Part shown: positions 1 through 10,128 of the stretch, one piece after another | Layout: each line of letters begins with the position of its first letter | How positions within the stretch are numbered: the first letter of the stretch is position 1 | DNA from: Candidatus Poribacteria bacterium | GTDB taxonomy: Bacteria > Poribacteria > WGA-4E > WGA-3G | DNA length: 64,000 bases | Direction: 5' to 3' | NCBI GenBank assembly: GCA_965197475.1 | Contig: CBDANF010000003.1 | Location: 3,104,001 to 3,168,000, forward strand | Made by a program: the position numbers and the translations under genes | Notes under the pieces: model-generated | Told to the model about the DNA's origin: nothing | What the model saw: only the letters and a program-made list of their open reading frames with translations | The model's database searches: none

Positions 1-1
1 C

Positions 2-1309
2 TCAAAACATTTTCACAAATTGATTAGTTCGCGTGGTTACAACCGCCTCCGCTCGGGTGCCAAAGAGTTGGTGAGTTTCATCTCATCCGATGCAAAAGCA
101 CTCGCGCAGAAAATTGAAGCATCGCTAAAACCTGGCACACTATTTGAGGAATTCGGATTCCGATATTTCGGTCCCCTTGATGGAAATGATTTGGAGTCGT
201 TAATACCTGTTTTAACAGGGATTCGTCAGTTGTCCGGTCCAATCTTAGTGCATGTAGTTACAAAAAAAGGAAAGGGATATCTTCCAGCTGAAGAAGACCC
301 GGTTAAGTTCTATAGTGTTAGTGGTCAGTTTGACGTGAAAACAGGTAAATCAATTCGTCCCGCATCCGCAATACCTAAGTACACAGATGTTTTCAGCCGC
401 ACACTGATTGAAGAGGCAAAACAAGATCCGAGAATTATAGGTGTTACAGCAGCCATGTTAGGTGGAACGGGTTTAGACAAGTTTTCGGACGCATTTCCAG
501 ACCGATGTTTTGACCTCGGATTGGCTGAGCAGTGCGCTGTCACCTTTGCTGCAGGACTTGCCACTGAAGGGCTAAAACCGGTCATAGCCATCTATTCAAC
601 TTTCCTACAACGCGGATACGATCAAGTACTTCACGATGTCTGTATTCAAAATTTGCCTGTTGTCTTTGCTCTTGACCGTGCGGGACTTGTCGGTGCAGAT
701 GGGCCGACACATCATGGCGTTTTTGACATCGCATACCTACGTTCAATTCCCAATATTGTATCAATGGCACCAAAAGATGAAAATGAATTGCAGCACATGC
801 TCAAAACGGCATTGACATACGAGATGGGTCCTATTGCGTTGCGTTATCCACGCGGCATCGGCATTGGCGTAAAGTTGGCAACTGAACCTACACCGCTTCC
901 TATCGGCAAAGCTGAAATCTGTCGCGAAGGTGACGATCTGCTAATTGTAGTACTCGGAAACCGCGTGTACCCAGCACTTGAGGCAGCGCAAACTTTGAGT
1001 GAAACTGGAATAGAAACTACAGTGGTGAATGCTCGCTTTATCAAACCTTTAGATACTACACTGATTGTTGATTTGGCAAAACAGATTGCCAAAATTATTA
1101 CGGTGGAGGATGGTGTATTGATGGGTGGATTCGGCAGTGCTGTGCTTGAAGCACTTGCATCGGAGTCGGTGACAGATGTCCGTGTAACGACACTCGGTGT
1201 GCCAGATCGGTTTATTGAACATGGCGACGTGAAAACATTACAAGATAGGTACGGTTATGATACGCAAGCCATTATCCGTGCTGGAATTGCTTTAGCTGTG
1301 GGGTCGTAG
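2..1309 (+). CDS. dxs: 1-deoxy-D-xylulose-5-phosphate synthase (5' end outside window)
   Basis: Motifs FEEFGFRYFGPLDG, HVVTKKGKGY, AIYSTFLQRGYDQ, DRAGLVGADGPTHHG; frame open to window edge. Confidence 0.96.
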   Translation, partial: SKHFHKLISSRGYNRLRSGAKELVSFISSDAKALAQKIEASLKPGTLFEEFGFRYFGPLDGNDLESLIPVLTGIRQLSGPILVHVVTKKGKGYLPAEEDPVKFYSVSGQFDVKTGKSIRPASAIPKYTDVFSRTLIEEAKQDPRIIGVTAAMLGGTGLDKFSDAFPDRCFDLGLAEQCAVTFAAGLATEGLKPVIAIYSTFLQRGYDQVLHDVCIQNLPVVFALDRAGLVGADGPTHHGVFDIAYLRSIPNIVSMAPKDENELQHMLKTALTYEMGPIALRYPRGIGIGVKLATEPTPLPIGKAEICREGDDLLIVVLGNRVYPALEAAQTLSETGIETTVVNARFIKPLDTTLIVDLAKQIAKIITVEDGVLMGGFGSAVLEALASESVTDVRVTTLGVPDRFIEHGDVKTLQDRYGYDTQAIIRAGIALAVGS

Positions 1310-1454
1310 GGCAAAATATGAGGAAAGCGGTATTCAATGGGAATTGAAATATGTAAGTTTTCAAAGACTTGCTTAAGATTGCGATTCTTCTCCTTCTCAT
1401 ATTTCTGTTGTTTCTGTAGCCTGTAATACCAAATTAACTTGATTCCAATCTATC

Positions 1455-1641
1455 GGTGCAGTTAGGAAACCGCACCTTAGGCATCAATTTAGTGGTTTTT
1501 CAAATATGAGAAATGCTCTTCAGTCCCGTAGGGACTAAATATAGGACAATCTCAATCATCATGCCTATTGAGAAGTGTTAATAAAAACTCAGATATTTTC
1601 TTAAATTGACGCATAAGGTGCGGTTAGGAAACCACACCTAC
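1455..1641. repeat. REP-like palindromes plus a 25-bp inverted-repeat-bounded (MITE-like) segment
   Basis: GGTGC(A/G)GTT-AGGA-AACC(G/A)CACC at 1455 and 1617; 1468-1492 and 1601-1625 are inverted repeats with 3 mismatches. Confidence 0.6.
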
Positions 1642-1684
1642 CGTCCGGAAAATAGGACAAATCGCGTTAATTGGGTATAATAAG

Positions 1685-2941
1685 ATGTTTCACTTACTCA
1701 GGTCATTCTCCACGCATTTTGGTGGGATCAGTGTGAACGTATTATCTCAATTCAAGCAGCATAAATGCTTACATCATGCTGCATCGCTTGCGTTTAGTTC
1801 ACTTATCGGTTTTGTGCCTTTATCAGCGGTTGCGCTCTACTTACTTAAAACCTTCGGAGTAGTTGAAAATAAAGAATCTCCGTTGATCGCTGCCTTGGAT
1901 AATTTCTTCCCCCGTTATAGGGCAGACGAAATAGTATCAGGGATATCAGAATTTACCAACAGAAATCTAACGGGACTCGGTGTAGGTGGTTTTCTATTAT
2001 TCCTTGTGGTTTCCGTACTCTTGTTTATGTCTATTGAAGGACATTTCAATGGTATTTGGGGAATCGATCAGCGTTTGCCGTTTGTAAAAGCGTTTCAGAA
2101 ATACTTAGTCTTTTGCATGCTGTTGTTGGTAGGACCGCTTGTAATCTTTTTTATTTTTTCATCTGTTGATAATCGGTTGCTGGCGAACCTATTTCCGTTG
2201 ATTTTAACCTGTTTTTTGTTATTTTTCATGTATATAGCCTTACCAAACGCCACTGTTAACTGGAAGGCTGCACTATTTGGCACGTTTGTGGCAGGGACGC
2301 TTTTCCAAATTGCACGGATCGCATTTAGCAATTACTTTGAATTAGTGTGGCAGGACTATAATGCAGTCTATGGGACGCTGGCAATGTTGGTAATCTTGGC
2401 TATATGGATTTACGTTACATGGATTGTGATTCTATTAGGAGTTGAGGTGACGCACTCAATTCAGTATTCCAATTATAAAAAGGGTTCGTACGGAAAGGCT
2501 ATTGACGAAAACAATAGTTATATCAATGATCTCGGCGTTATAACACTATTTCTCATCGTTGCAGTACACTTTCAGGAAGGTAAGGGAGCATGTTCAGTTT
2601 CAGATGTTGCTGCAACTGCAAGAGTTTCTGAATCATTAGTCCATAAAATTTTTAATCGATTTAAAGCAGCAAAGTTCATTTATGAGGTAGAGGGCGATAC
2701 AAAAGGGTATCTTCCGGCCTGCTCGTTAAGCAAGATCACCTTTGACTCGCTTGTAGCAGTTGTAGATGGAGACCTAACATGCCATTTTACTGATGTGTTG
2801 CCGGCATCGCCTAAGTTGATGCAGTTATTTCGAGAAATTCAACAAACTCAAGCTGACATGCTCAAGAATATTACAGTCAGTTCTTTTTTAGATAGTGATA
2901 GTAACAACGAGAGTTCCCATTTAGATGAAGAAATTGATTGA
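1685..2941 (+). CDS. YihY/BrkB family membrane protein with C-terminal Rrf2-like winged helix
   Basis: AASLAFSSL, FNGIWG, YNAVYGTLA..WIYVTW.VILLG.E motifs; multiple TM segments; C-terminal HTH-like region. Confidence 0.88.
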   Translation: MFHLLRSFSTHFGGISVNVLSQFKQHKCLHHAASLAFSSLIGFVPLSAVALYLLKTFGVVENKESPLIAALDNFFPRYRADEIVSGISEFTNRNLTGLGVGGFLLFLVVSVLLFMSIEGHFNGIWGIDQRLPFVKAFQKYLVFCMLLLVGPLVIFFIFSSVDNRLLANLFPLILTCFLLFFMYIALPNATVNWKAALFGTFVAGTLFQIARIAFSNYFELVWQDYNAVYGTLAMLVILAIWIYVTWIVILLGVEVTHSIQYSNYKKGSYGKAIDENNSYINDLGVITLFLIVAVHFQEGKGACSVSDVAATARVSESLVHKIFNRFKAAKFIYEVEGDTKGYLPACSLSKITFDSLVAVVDGDLTCHFTDVLPASPKLMQLFREIQQTQADMLKNITVSSFLDSDSNNESSHLDEEID

Positions 2942-2944
2942 AAG

Positions 2945-3799
2945 ATGGAAAGGTTAGATATAGTCCTTGTTCAGCGAGGTTTGGCTGAAACCCGCCTCCA
3001 AGCGAAGCGGTTGATTTTAGCGGGATCAGTCAAGGTAAACAACAATTCACGGGTTAAGCCAGGCCAACGCGTATCGCAAGATGCTCTGATAGAAGTTGAA
3101 CATCCACCCAAATACGTCAGTCGTGGTGGACTGAAACTTGAAAAAGCACTACAAGATTTTGATATTACCATCGAAAATAAAGTTGCAATTGACGTAGGTG
3201 CTTCCACTGGTGGTTTTACTGACTGTTTGCTTCAACATGGGGCAGATTTCGTTTACGCGGTTGATGTCGGGTATGGACAACTCGCTTGGAAACTTCGCAA
3301 TAATCCGCGTGTGAACGTGCTTGATAAAACCAATATTCGCTACATTGACCAACACTTCTTTTCACACTCACTTGACATAGCAGTGATTGATGTTTCTTTC
3401 ATCTCCTTACGAAAAGTATTGCCTGTAATAATTGAAAGTTTAGGAGTTTCGGATGTTATTGCACTCATCAAGCCACAGTTTGAGGCGGGGCGCGATCACG
3501 TCAAAAAAGGCGGTATTGTTGACGACCCAAACGTACATAAGGAAACGTTGGTTAATTTGATTGACTTCGCGCAGGAAAATTTTTCAGCAAAACCTATGGG
3601 GTTAACCTTTTCTCCAATTCATCGAGACATTGGTAATATTGAATATCTACTCTGGTTTCAGAAACCCATTACAGCAACGCAATTGAATTCAGGATTAGAA
3701 ATCCCTCCTACAAAGGAAACAGATTTCGTCAGTGATGTAGTTAACACCGCCCACAACGCTTTTTATGCTAACACGGTAGAAAATACGGAAAAAGAATGA
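2945..3799 (+). CDS. tlyA: TlyA family rRNA (cytidine-2'-O)-methyltransferase
   Basis: S4 domain RLD..L; YVSRGGLKL, DVGASTGGFTDCLLQ, DVSFISL, LIKPQFE. Confidence 0.95.
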   Translation: MERLDIVLVQRGLAETRLQAKRLILAGSVKVNNNSRVKPGQRVSQDALIEVEHPPKYVSRGGLKLEKALQDFDITIENKVAIDVGASTGGFTDCLLQHGADFVYAVDVGYGQLAWKLRNNPRVNVLDKTNIRYIDQHFFSHSLDIAVIDVSFISLRKVLPVIIESLGVSDVIALIKPQFEAGRDHVKKGGIVDDPNVHKETLVNLIDFAQENFSAKPMGLTFSPIHRDIGNIEYLLWFQKPITATQLNSGLEIPPTKETDFVSDVVNTAHNAFYANTVENTEKE

Positions 3800-6700
3800 T
3801 GACAAGACGAAAGATTGTTTTAATTTCAATATCCATAATCATCCTTCTTTTTCTAATCGGTGGATTTCTTTACACCAGTTCAGACTCTTTCTTAAATAAT
3901 GTTATCAAACCTCGCCTTCAACAAGCCTTGGAAAACCAGATTAAAGAGAAATATAAAGTAAGAATCGGCAAATTGGGTGGAAATATCTTCACTGGCGTTG
4001 AAGTAGAGGAATTTGCCCTAAAAGAGAAAGAAACCGAAAAACCGCCTATACTTTCCACTCAGAAGGTCGTCCTAAAATACAATTTTTTTGCGCTGCTACA
4101 ACGCAAATTGCTTGTTACGGCTTTGGAGATCAACTCCCCAGAGATAAACGTGACACGCAGTTCAGATGGACAAGTAGACCTTACAGATGTGCTTCGCGAA
4201 TCTTCGTCTGATTCTGAGTCTAATAATTCCTTTGCATTTGCTGTTTCTAATGTTGAAATCAAAAGAGGTGAGATTCGCCTAACTGATACACAGCAGAACA
4301 TTGAATTAGAACTTCCGAATATTGATGTTACGTTGGATGGTACGCTCCAAAATTGGGATCATACAGGCTCCCTCTCTATTGATAAAGGGAGTTTCAAACT
4401 TAATGGAACAGAGATGCTAATTGAGCGGTTGAATAATATTCAGTTTTATGTGTCAACGACTGAAGGTGATTTGGAAAGACTACAACTGAAATCAGGAAAC
4501 TCTGAAATAGATATACAGGAATTCAATTATAATTGGGATAAAGAAAAATGGGCTTCGGTTGTTAAACTAACAATTGATGCAGCAGATGTTCAAAAGTTTC
4601 TTAGAGATGACACCCAACTTGAAGGTTCATGCGAAGTTCTACTGGACTTAAAGGGAACAAATTCAACGTTAAATGGTAAACTCACAGGTACATCGGACGC
4701 GTTTTCAATCAAGAAAAGCCTTGGCTCAGCAACTGGTAAATCTGAATCTAATACCAGACAAATAGATATTACGAATTTAAACGTTGACACAACTTTGGAA
4801 TTAGGGGAAGTTCCAAAAATAAAGTTAGATGATTTCAGTGCACAGGTCGCAGACGGAAAACTTACGGGAAGTGGCAGTGCGACATTTGATAACACCTCTG
4901 AAGGTAATCTTATCAAAAGACTACAGCACATCGTAAAACAACCTATTACATATAAAAGTAATTGGGAAGTTGAAAATATCCAACTCAGTTCGCTATTGTC
5001 TATGTTCATAGAATTTCCAGCACAGTCACCTCAGATTGAATCTGGAACGTTTACCGGCACGGCAAAGGTAAACGGGAATACGTCAAGGAATTTTCACCTT
5101 GATAGTAGTGTGAAACTTTCAGGGACAAGTCTTCTTGTAAAAGACGAGTCTATACCTTTGAAAGATTCATCTCTGAATTGTAAAATATCTTCAGCACCTG
5201 ATAATGGTTCAAATATCACGGCAAATGGTACCATTGACGATACAACCGTTGACATAAATGGATCTTTAGAAAGTTTTGATGTAACACTCAAAAATGTTGA
5301 TTTTGGTAAACTACTTGAAATTGCCAACACTATTCCATTTAAAGGTATCGGAGATATAACAGCAGAAATAAAAAAAGATGGCACAGTTACCGGACATGCT
5401 GAAGTACCTGAAGCGTTCTATGCACATGATAAGGCAAAACCGATTCCACTTGGAAGTTTAACAGGAGATTTTCGGTTTGTAGATAGAGTTGTTTATTTTC
5501 AAAACACACACTTGACGAAAAAAGGTGAAAACGGAGATACGAACGTTTCCATTGAGGGCAATGTCAGTATAGACGGCAAACTCCCCGCTAATTTTCGCGT
5601 CGTCGCTGAGCCGCTTGTTCTGGACGCTGATTACAACAATCTCCTTTTTCAACAAGCGTACCCCATTGAAGGTAATATGAGAGGTGAACTAAAATTATAC
5701 GGTTCACTCATTGATCATCTTGATGGTGAGGGAAGTTTGGCAGTTGATTCTGGAAAAGCATGGGGCATCAATTTAGATACCGTAACACTTCCGTTAGAAA
5801 TTGACGACTACTCACTTACAATACCTGATTTTAAGATAACGACACGCGGTCAATTAGTTACATTCAATGCACATGTAAAAAGTAATGGAGAATTTGAATT
5901 CAGTCTAAAAAACAATAAAGCCAAGCCGGTTCAATTGGCTGCACTTTCACTGGCTGCAGATATTTCTGATTTTCCACTTGATGGCAAAATGGATGTCAAC
6001 ATTGATTCGTATCAAAAAAAGTCCCAAGACTTGGTATTCCACACTGATTTAACCTTTTCAGACCTTACGTTCGAGGGTAATCCTCTCGGCGATGCCTCTC
6101 TACAGGCCATCCTCAAAAAGCAAAAAGAACTTACCAGTGAACCCGACTACTACAAATTAACTGGAAAAGCACTTGCGGACACGTGTAGCATTGAGGGTAT
6201 AATCAGTAATGCCAAAGATAATCCCTACCAGATTACACTGACGAGTGATAACACCGCTGCCACCCCCATTCTACGCATTTTACATTCTTCGCTTGATGTT
6301 ATTACTGGTACTTTTGATGGCACTGTTGAAGTAAAAGGCACGATTGCAGAATTAACTTCTACAGACCCAGTGAAACCTTCTAAAAAACGCGTTTATCCCT
6401 ACGATGTTGATATTTCTATCAGCAAAACACTACTTCAATACAATTCATTGCACATGATAAATCCGAAGCAAATTCGTTTAAAATTAGAAGACGATATTCT
6501 AACGATTGCCGATAGTTCCTTAAGTGTGAAGGGCAAAAAATCTCCATTTATTCAACTCACTGGCACCATTGATGCAAAGACTGAGGAAATCAACATTTCT
6601 TCCAAACCCGACCAAGACTTAACGCTTGAATCTTTTGGTGCAGCATTAGGACTCCCAATTTCTGGTGCAGCACAATTTGAATTAAAAACAAAAGGAACCT

Positions 6701-9700
6701 TGACCGATCCTATCATTGATCTCAATTGGATGATACCAACGTTAGTTGTAGAAACTGATGTAGGAGATATCGGTATAAGTGATGCAAACGGTGAATTAAC
6801 ATATCAAAATAACACTGTCCTTATCAAACCTTTCTCAATGCAGGTGTTGGATAATTTGGTCGCGGTAGAAGGAAATATCGCAATCAACCCCGATGATTTT
6901 AACAGTTCCAAACTCAACTTTGAACTCAACACTCTCAATCTCAATTTAGCGAAGTTTTCAGATATAATCATGAACAGTATGTCTGTAGAGGTTGCAAAAC
7001 GTCTAACGGTTGAAGATTCTGCTCTAATTGAAGGCAATATCGGGGTATTACTAAATGTGGATGGCACCATCGCTGAACCTGTTATTGATTTAAATGCGAA
7101 TACAACTGATAACCATCCCATAAAGTTTGGTGCGTTTGCTAAACCAATCATACTTGAAAAACTGCATGCGGTAACGACTGTCAGAAAGGAATTGGTACAT
7201 ATTCGCGACTTAGTTGTGGATGGACAGATAGGGTCAGGCAATTTTCATTTAAAAGGTGGCACTTCGTTTTCAACCCAAAATAAAGACGAAATTAAATTTG
7301 ATATGGGTGTGTCAGTTGAAAAACTGGAGGTAGGTGATTTTATCACTTTTTTCCAGCAACGGCAATTTCCCCTAAGTGGTACAGTTAGTGGCACAGCAAA
7401 TTTAGCTGGAACAGGTTTCACCGAGGAACTCATAACAGCAACATGCAAGATAGATGAACTCAATTTACAAGCATATAACTACCAAATTGCGAATACCTTG
7501 CCGATAGACTTCAAATTAAATAACAATAACATTACCACCCTTTTCCCGTTACAGGTCACCTCTCCTAAAATAGAAACCAGTGTTGACGTTAGTCTTGATG
7601 GTCCGCTTGTCTCCCCAAACATATCGCTGGAATGGCAAGGAATACTCACCGATCTGTTAGAGCAGGAGGTTGATTTGCCATTACATTGGCAGGGGAAGGC
7701 GGAATATGCTAACAAATTGTTTACACTAAGTACTGAACTTGCAAATAACGGTGACACGTTAACACTCAAAGGCACGGTTCCGTTCGATCTGTCTTTTACA
7801 GAGATTGATTTATCAGAACGTTTCCTTGATGTACCTATTATGGTTCAACTGAATGGAACAGAACTTCCTCTCAATTTTTTTCCAGGATTTGATAACGTAT
7901 TTTCAGAAGCTGATGGTGTTACGGATATTGATCTGACACTTAAAGGTACGACCCGTTCACCTTATTTGGAAGGGAATGTCTATTTTCACGCTCCGCATCT
8001 CCACCTAAAGAAATTTTATCCGCCTCTCAAAAACGTTGAAGTTCAACTCAAGGCACGCGAGAAGGCTATTGAACTTACAGCGTTTCAATTTGAAATAGAA
8101 GATGGAACGTGTAATCTCCAAGAGGGCGAATTGGAACTTGACGGTTTGACACCGAAGTCATTCTCAGTAAACGGTTTGACCTTAAAGCAATATCCTCTCG
8201 GTTCCACCCTACGTCAGGTAATTCCACAAGATTCCTTAGAGGAAGTGAGCGGTCATGTTACGGTTATACTTACACAATTGAAAATACCATTTGATACTTT
8301 TTTTGAAAACGGAGAGAAAACTCCAATTCCCAAAATACGCGAAGTTATCACCTTTGACAGGCTCAGTCAGAAAGCAGAAGCAGTATTCACCATTAATGAA
8401 TTTTCTCTCGGTTTTACGGTTCTGGATCAAAAATATAAATTTGTAAATCCAGAATTAATTCCGATTTCTCTGACTTCAGGCGAATTCAAAGTTGAGGCAC
8501 TCAAACTTAAAAATACTATTGCAATCCCTGCTACCGTAACACAGGAACCGCTTATTTTCGCTTGTTATGGAAGATGGAACATGCAAGGTAGTATATTTGC
8601 CAATCTGAAACTGGAGAATTTTAATATCTCTGCTCTAAATTCTGTTTTATCAGATGCGAATCTTGATGCATATAAGCTCAACGGAATGTTGTCAACTGAA
8701 ATCAATATCACAAACACTTATGCAGCACCAGAGGTAACAGTAGAGTTTGATGGACATAAACTCACAATTAACCAAGCAAACATCGATAAATTCACAGGCG
8801 AACTCTACTATCGTTCTAAAGATCAGCAGTGGGCAATTCCAGAAAATACTGAGATTCTTAGATTAGGGAACAATCGACTCATCTGTTCAGGGAAGTTTCC
8901 TTATTTCCTTTCCTTTTCAAAACTTCAAGCGAAACCGTTCTCTAAGGATATGGAGGTTAGGATTGACTTGCAATTAGATGAACTTGGGGTATTGCCCTTG
9001 ATTGAACCACTTATTCAATCCGCTAATGGACAAGGAACAATCAAGGCAACTATTACTGGCACACTAAATGCACCACAACTGAAAGGTAAGGGTGAATTTA
9101 ACCAGGTATCCTTAAAATTGGAGGGCTCGCCCGTTTCTTTTGAACAGCTTGATACCTCATTTGCCTTCTCGGATACAGGTTTAGAAATTCAACGGCTACA
9201 AGGCCAATTGAATGATGGTGACTTTTCCGCTAACGGTAAAATTACCTCCGATTGGCTAAAGTTAGACGAAATTGACCTTAAGGCAAGCTTGCAAAATTGC
9301 AACTTTGAGGAGCCAGGGTCGTATCAGATTAACGTAAGTTCTGACAATCTACATCTACATGGCAATATTACAATACCAACTCTCATAGGAGATCTTAATA
9401 TCCATTCTGGACACTACGAACAAAATTGGGAAAACGTTCGAGATTGGTTCAGTGGTAGTACTGTAAGTGATGTGGAACTTGCATTTGACACTCCATTCTT
9501 GCGCAGTCTCCAGCTATATGTTGGCATTGAAATACTAGACAATTTTCACTTTCTTTCATCGTTAGGTGGACCTACCGACATTGAAATTGGTTGTAGTGGC
9601 CGACTCACAGGTACGATTCAAAACCCTATTTTCATAGGTAATGTTTCTCTCCTCAGAGGGATAATTAGCACTGTTACACAAATTTTTGAAATTGTTGAAG

Positions 9701-10128
9701 GTTCAACTATCAGAAACCAGAACCCTAACGACTTTAATCCTGATTTAGATATTTCGCTACAACTGCCGAATCCAATTCGCGGTGTATTACTTAAAGACGG
9801 AAGCACAGCGGATGTAGCCATTACAGCGACTGTTACAGGCACCCTTAAAAACGCGAAACCCAGTTATCAGGCAGAACCAACCAATTCATCTACAACTGAG
9901 ATTTTTACGGAGGCAGACGTTCTTGCGCTCCTTTTACCAGGTAATTCCTTCTCGCTATCGTTTGGTGGGATCACCTTCACAATCTCTAAAGGTTTCGATC
10001 GTGACGAACGTCACATCATCGCAGAAAAGCAGGTATCCATCTTTGGCAGAAAAATACCAATTAAAATGGAACGTGATGAACAAAACAAATATGGGGTAGA
10101 TGTTCAACTGCTGGAGGGCCGTTTCTAA
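3796..10128 (+). CDS. tamB: TamB/AsmA-like translocation and assembly module protein (2110 aa)
   Basis: N-terminal membrane anchor, long beta-rich repeats with 'G(T/S)L..P.I/L.G' units, directly upstream of an Omp85 gene. Confidence 0.8.
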   Translation: MMTRRKIVLISISIIILLFLIGGFLYTSSDSFLNNVIKPRLQQALENQIKEKYKVRIGKLGGNIFTGVEVEEFALKEKETEKPPILSTQKVVLKYNFFALLQRKLLVTALEINSPEINVTRSSDGQVDLTDVLRESSSDSESNNSFAFAVSNVEIKRGEIRLTDTQQNIELELPNIDVTLDGTLQNWDHTGSLSIDKGSFKLNGTEMLIERLNNIQFYVSTTEGDLERLQLKSGNSEIDIQEFNYNWDKEKWASVVKLTIDAADVQKFLRDDTQLEGSCEVLLDLKGTNSTLNGKLTGTSDAFSIKKSLGSATGKSESNTRQIDITNLNVDTTLELGEVPKIKLDDFSAQVADGKLTGSGSATFDNTSEGNLIKRLQHIVKQPITYKSNWEVENIQLSSLLSMFIEFPAQSPQIESGTFTGTAKVNGNTSRNFHLDSSVKLSGTSLLVKDESIPLKDSSLNCKISSAPDNGSNITANGTIDDTTVDINGSLESFDVTLKNVDFGKLLEIANTIPFKGIGDITAEIKKDGTVTGHAEVPEAFYAHDKAKPIPLGSLTGDFRFVDRVVYFQNTHLTKKGENGDTNVSIEGNVSIDGKLPANFRVVAEPLVLDADYNNLLFQQAYPIEGNMRGELKLYGSLIDHLDGEGSLAVDSGKAWGINLDTVTLPLEIDDYSLTIPDFKITTRGQLVTFNAHVKSNGEFEFSLKNNKAKPVQLAALSLAADISDFPLDGKMDVNIDSYQKKSQDLVFHTDLTFSDLTFEGNPLGDASLQAILKKQKELTSEPDYYKLTGKALADTCSIEGIISNAKDNPYQITLTSDNTAATPILRILHSSLDVITGTFDGTVEVKGTIAELTSTDPVKPSKKRVYPYDVDISISKTLLQYNSLHMINPKQIRLKLEDDILTIADSSLSVKGKKSPFIQLTGTIDAKTEEINISSKPDQDLTLESFGAALGLPISGAAQFELKTKGTLTDPIIDLNWMIPTLVVETDVGDIGISDANGELTYQNNTVLIKPFSMQVLDNLVAVEGNIAINPDDFNSSKLNFELNTLNLNLAKFSDIIMNSMSVEVAKRLTVEDSALIEGNIGVLLNVDGTIAEPVIDLNANTTDNHPIKFGAFAKPIILEKLHAVTTVRKELVHIRDLVVDGQIGSGNFHLKGGTSFSTQNKDEIKFDMGVSVEKLEVGDFITFFQQRQFPLSGTVSGTANLAGTGFTEELITATCKIDELNLQAYNYQIANTLPIDFKLNNNNITTLFPLQVTSPKIETSVDVSLDGPLVSPNISLEWQGILTDLLEQEVDLPLHWQGKAEYANKLFTLSTELANNGDTLTLKGTVPFDLSFTEIDLSERFLDVPIMVQLNGTELPLNFFPGFDNVFSEADGVTDIDLTLKGTTRSPYLEGNVYFHAPHLHLKKFYPPLKNVEVQLKAREKAIELTAFQFEIEDGTCNLQEGELELDGLTPKSFSVNGLTLKQYPLGSTLRQVIPQDSLEEVSGHVTVILTQLKIPFDTFFENGEKTPIPKIREVITFDRLSQKAEAVFTINEFSLGFTVLDQKYKFVNPELIPISLTSGEFKVEALKLKNTIAIPATVTQEPLIFACYGRWNMQGSIFANLKLENFNISALNSVLSDANLDAYKLNGMLSTEINITNTYAAPEVTVEFDGHKLTINQANIDKFTGELYYRSKDQQWAIPENTEILRLGNNRLICSGKFPYFLSFSKLQAKPFSKDMEVRIDLQLDELGVLPLIEPLIQSANGQGTIKATITGTLNAPQLKGKGEFNQVSLKLEGSPVSFEQLDTSFAFSDTGLEIQRLQGQLNDGDFSANGKITSDWLKLDEIDLKASLQNCNFEEPGSYQINVSSDNLHLHGNITIPTLIGDLNIHSGHYEQNWENVRDWFSGSTVSDVELAFDTPFLRSLQLYVGIEILDNFHFLSSLGGPTDIEIGCSGRLTGTIQNPIFIGNVSLLRGIISTVTQIFEIVEGSTIRNQNPNDFNPDLDISLQLPNPIRGVLLKDGSTADVAITATVTGTLKNAKPSYQAEPTNSSTTEIFTEADVLALLLPGNSFSLSFGGITFTISKGFDRDERHIIAEKQVSIFGRKIPIKMERDEQNKYGVDVQLLEGRF

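Noticed and set aside
2939-2947. yihY TGA-AAG-ATG in frame with tlyA as a readthrough fusion
   Set aside because: Both proteins are complete on their own; no Cys-like context or obvious hairpin
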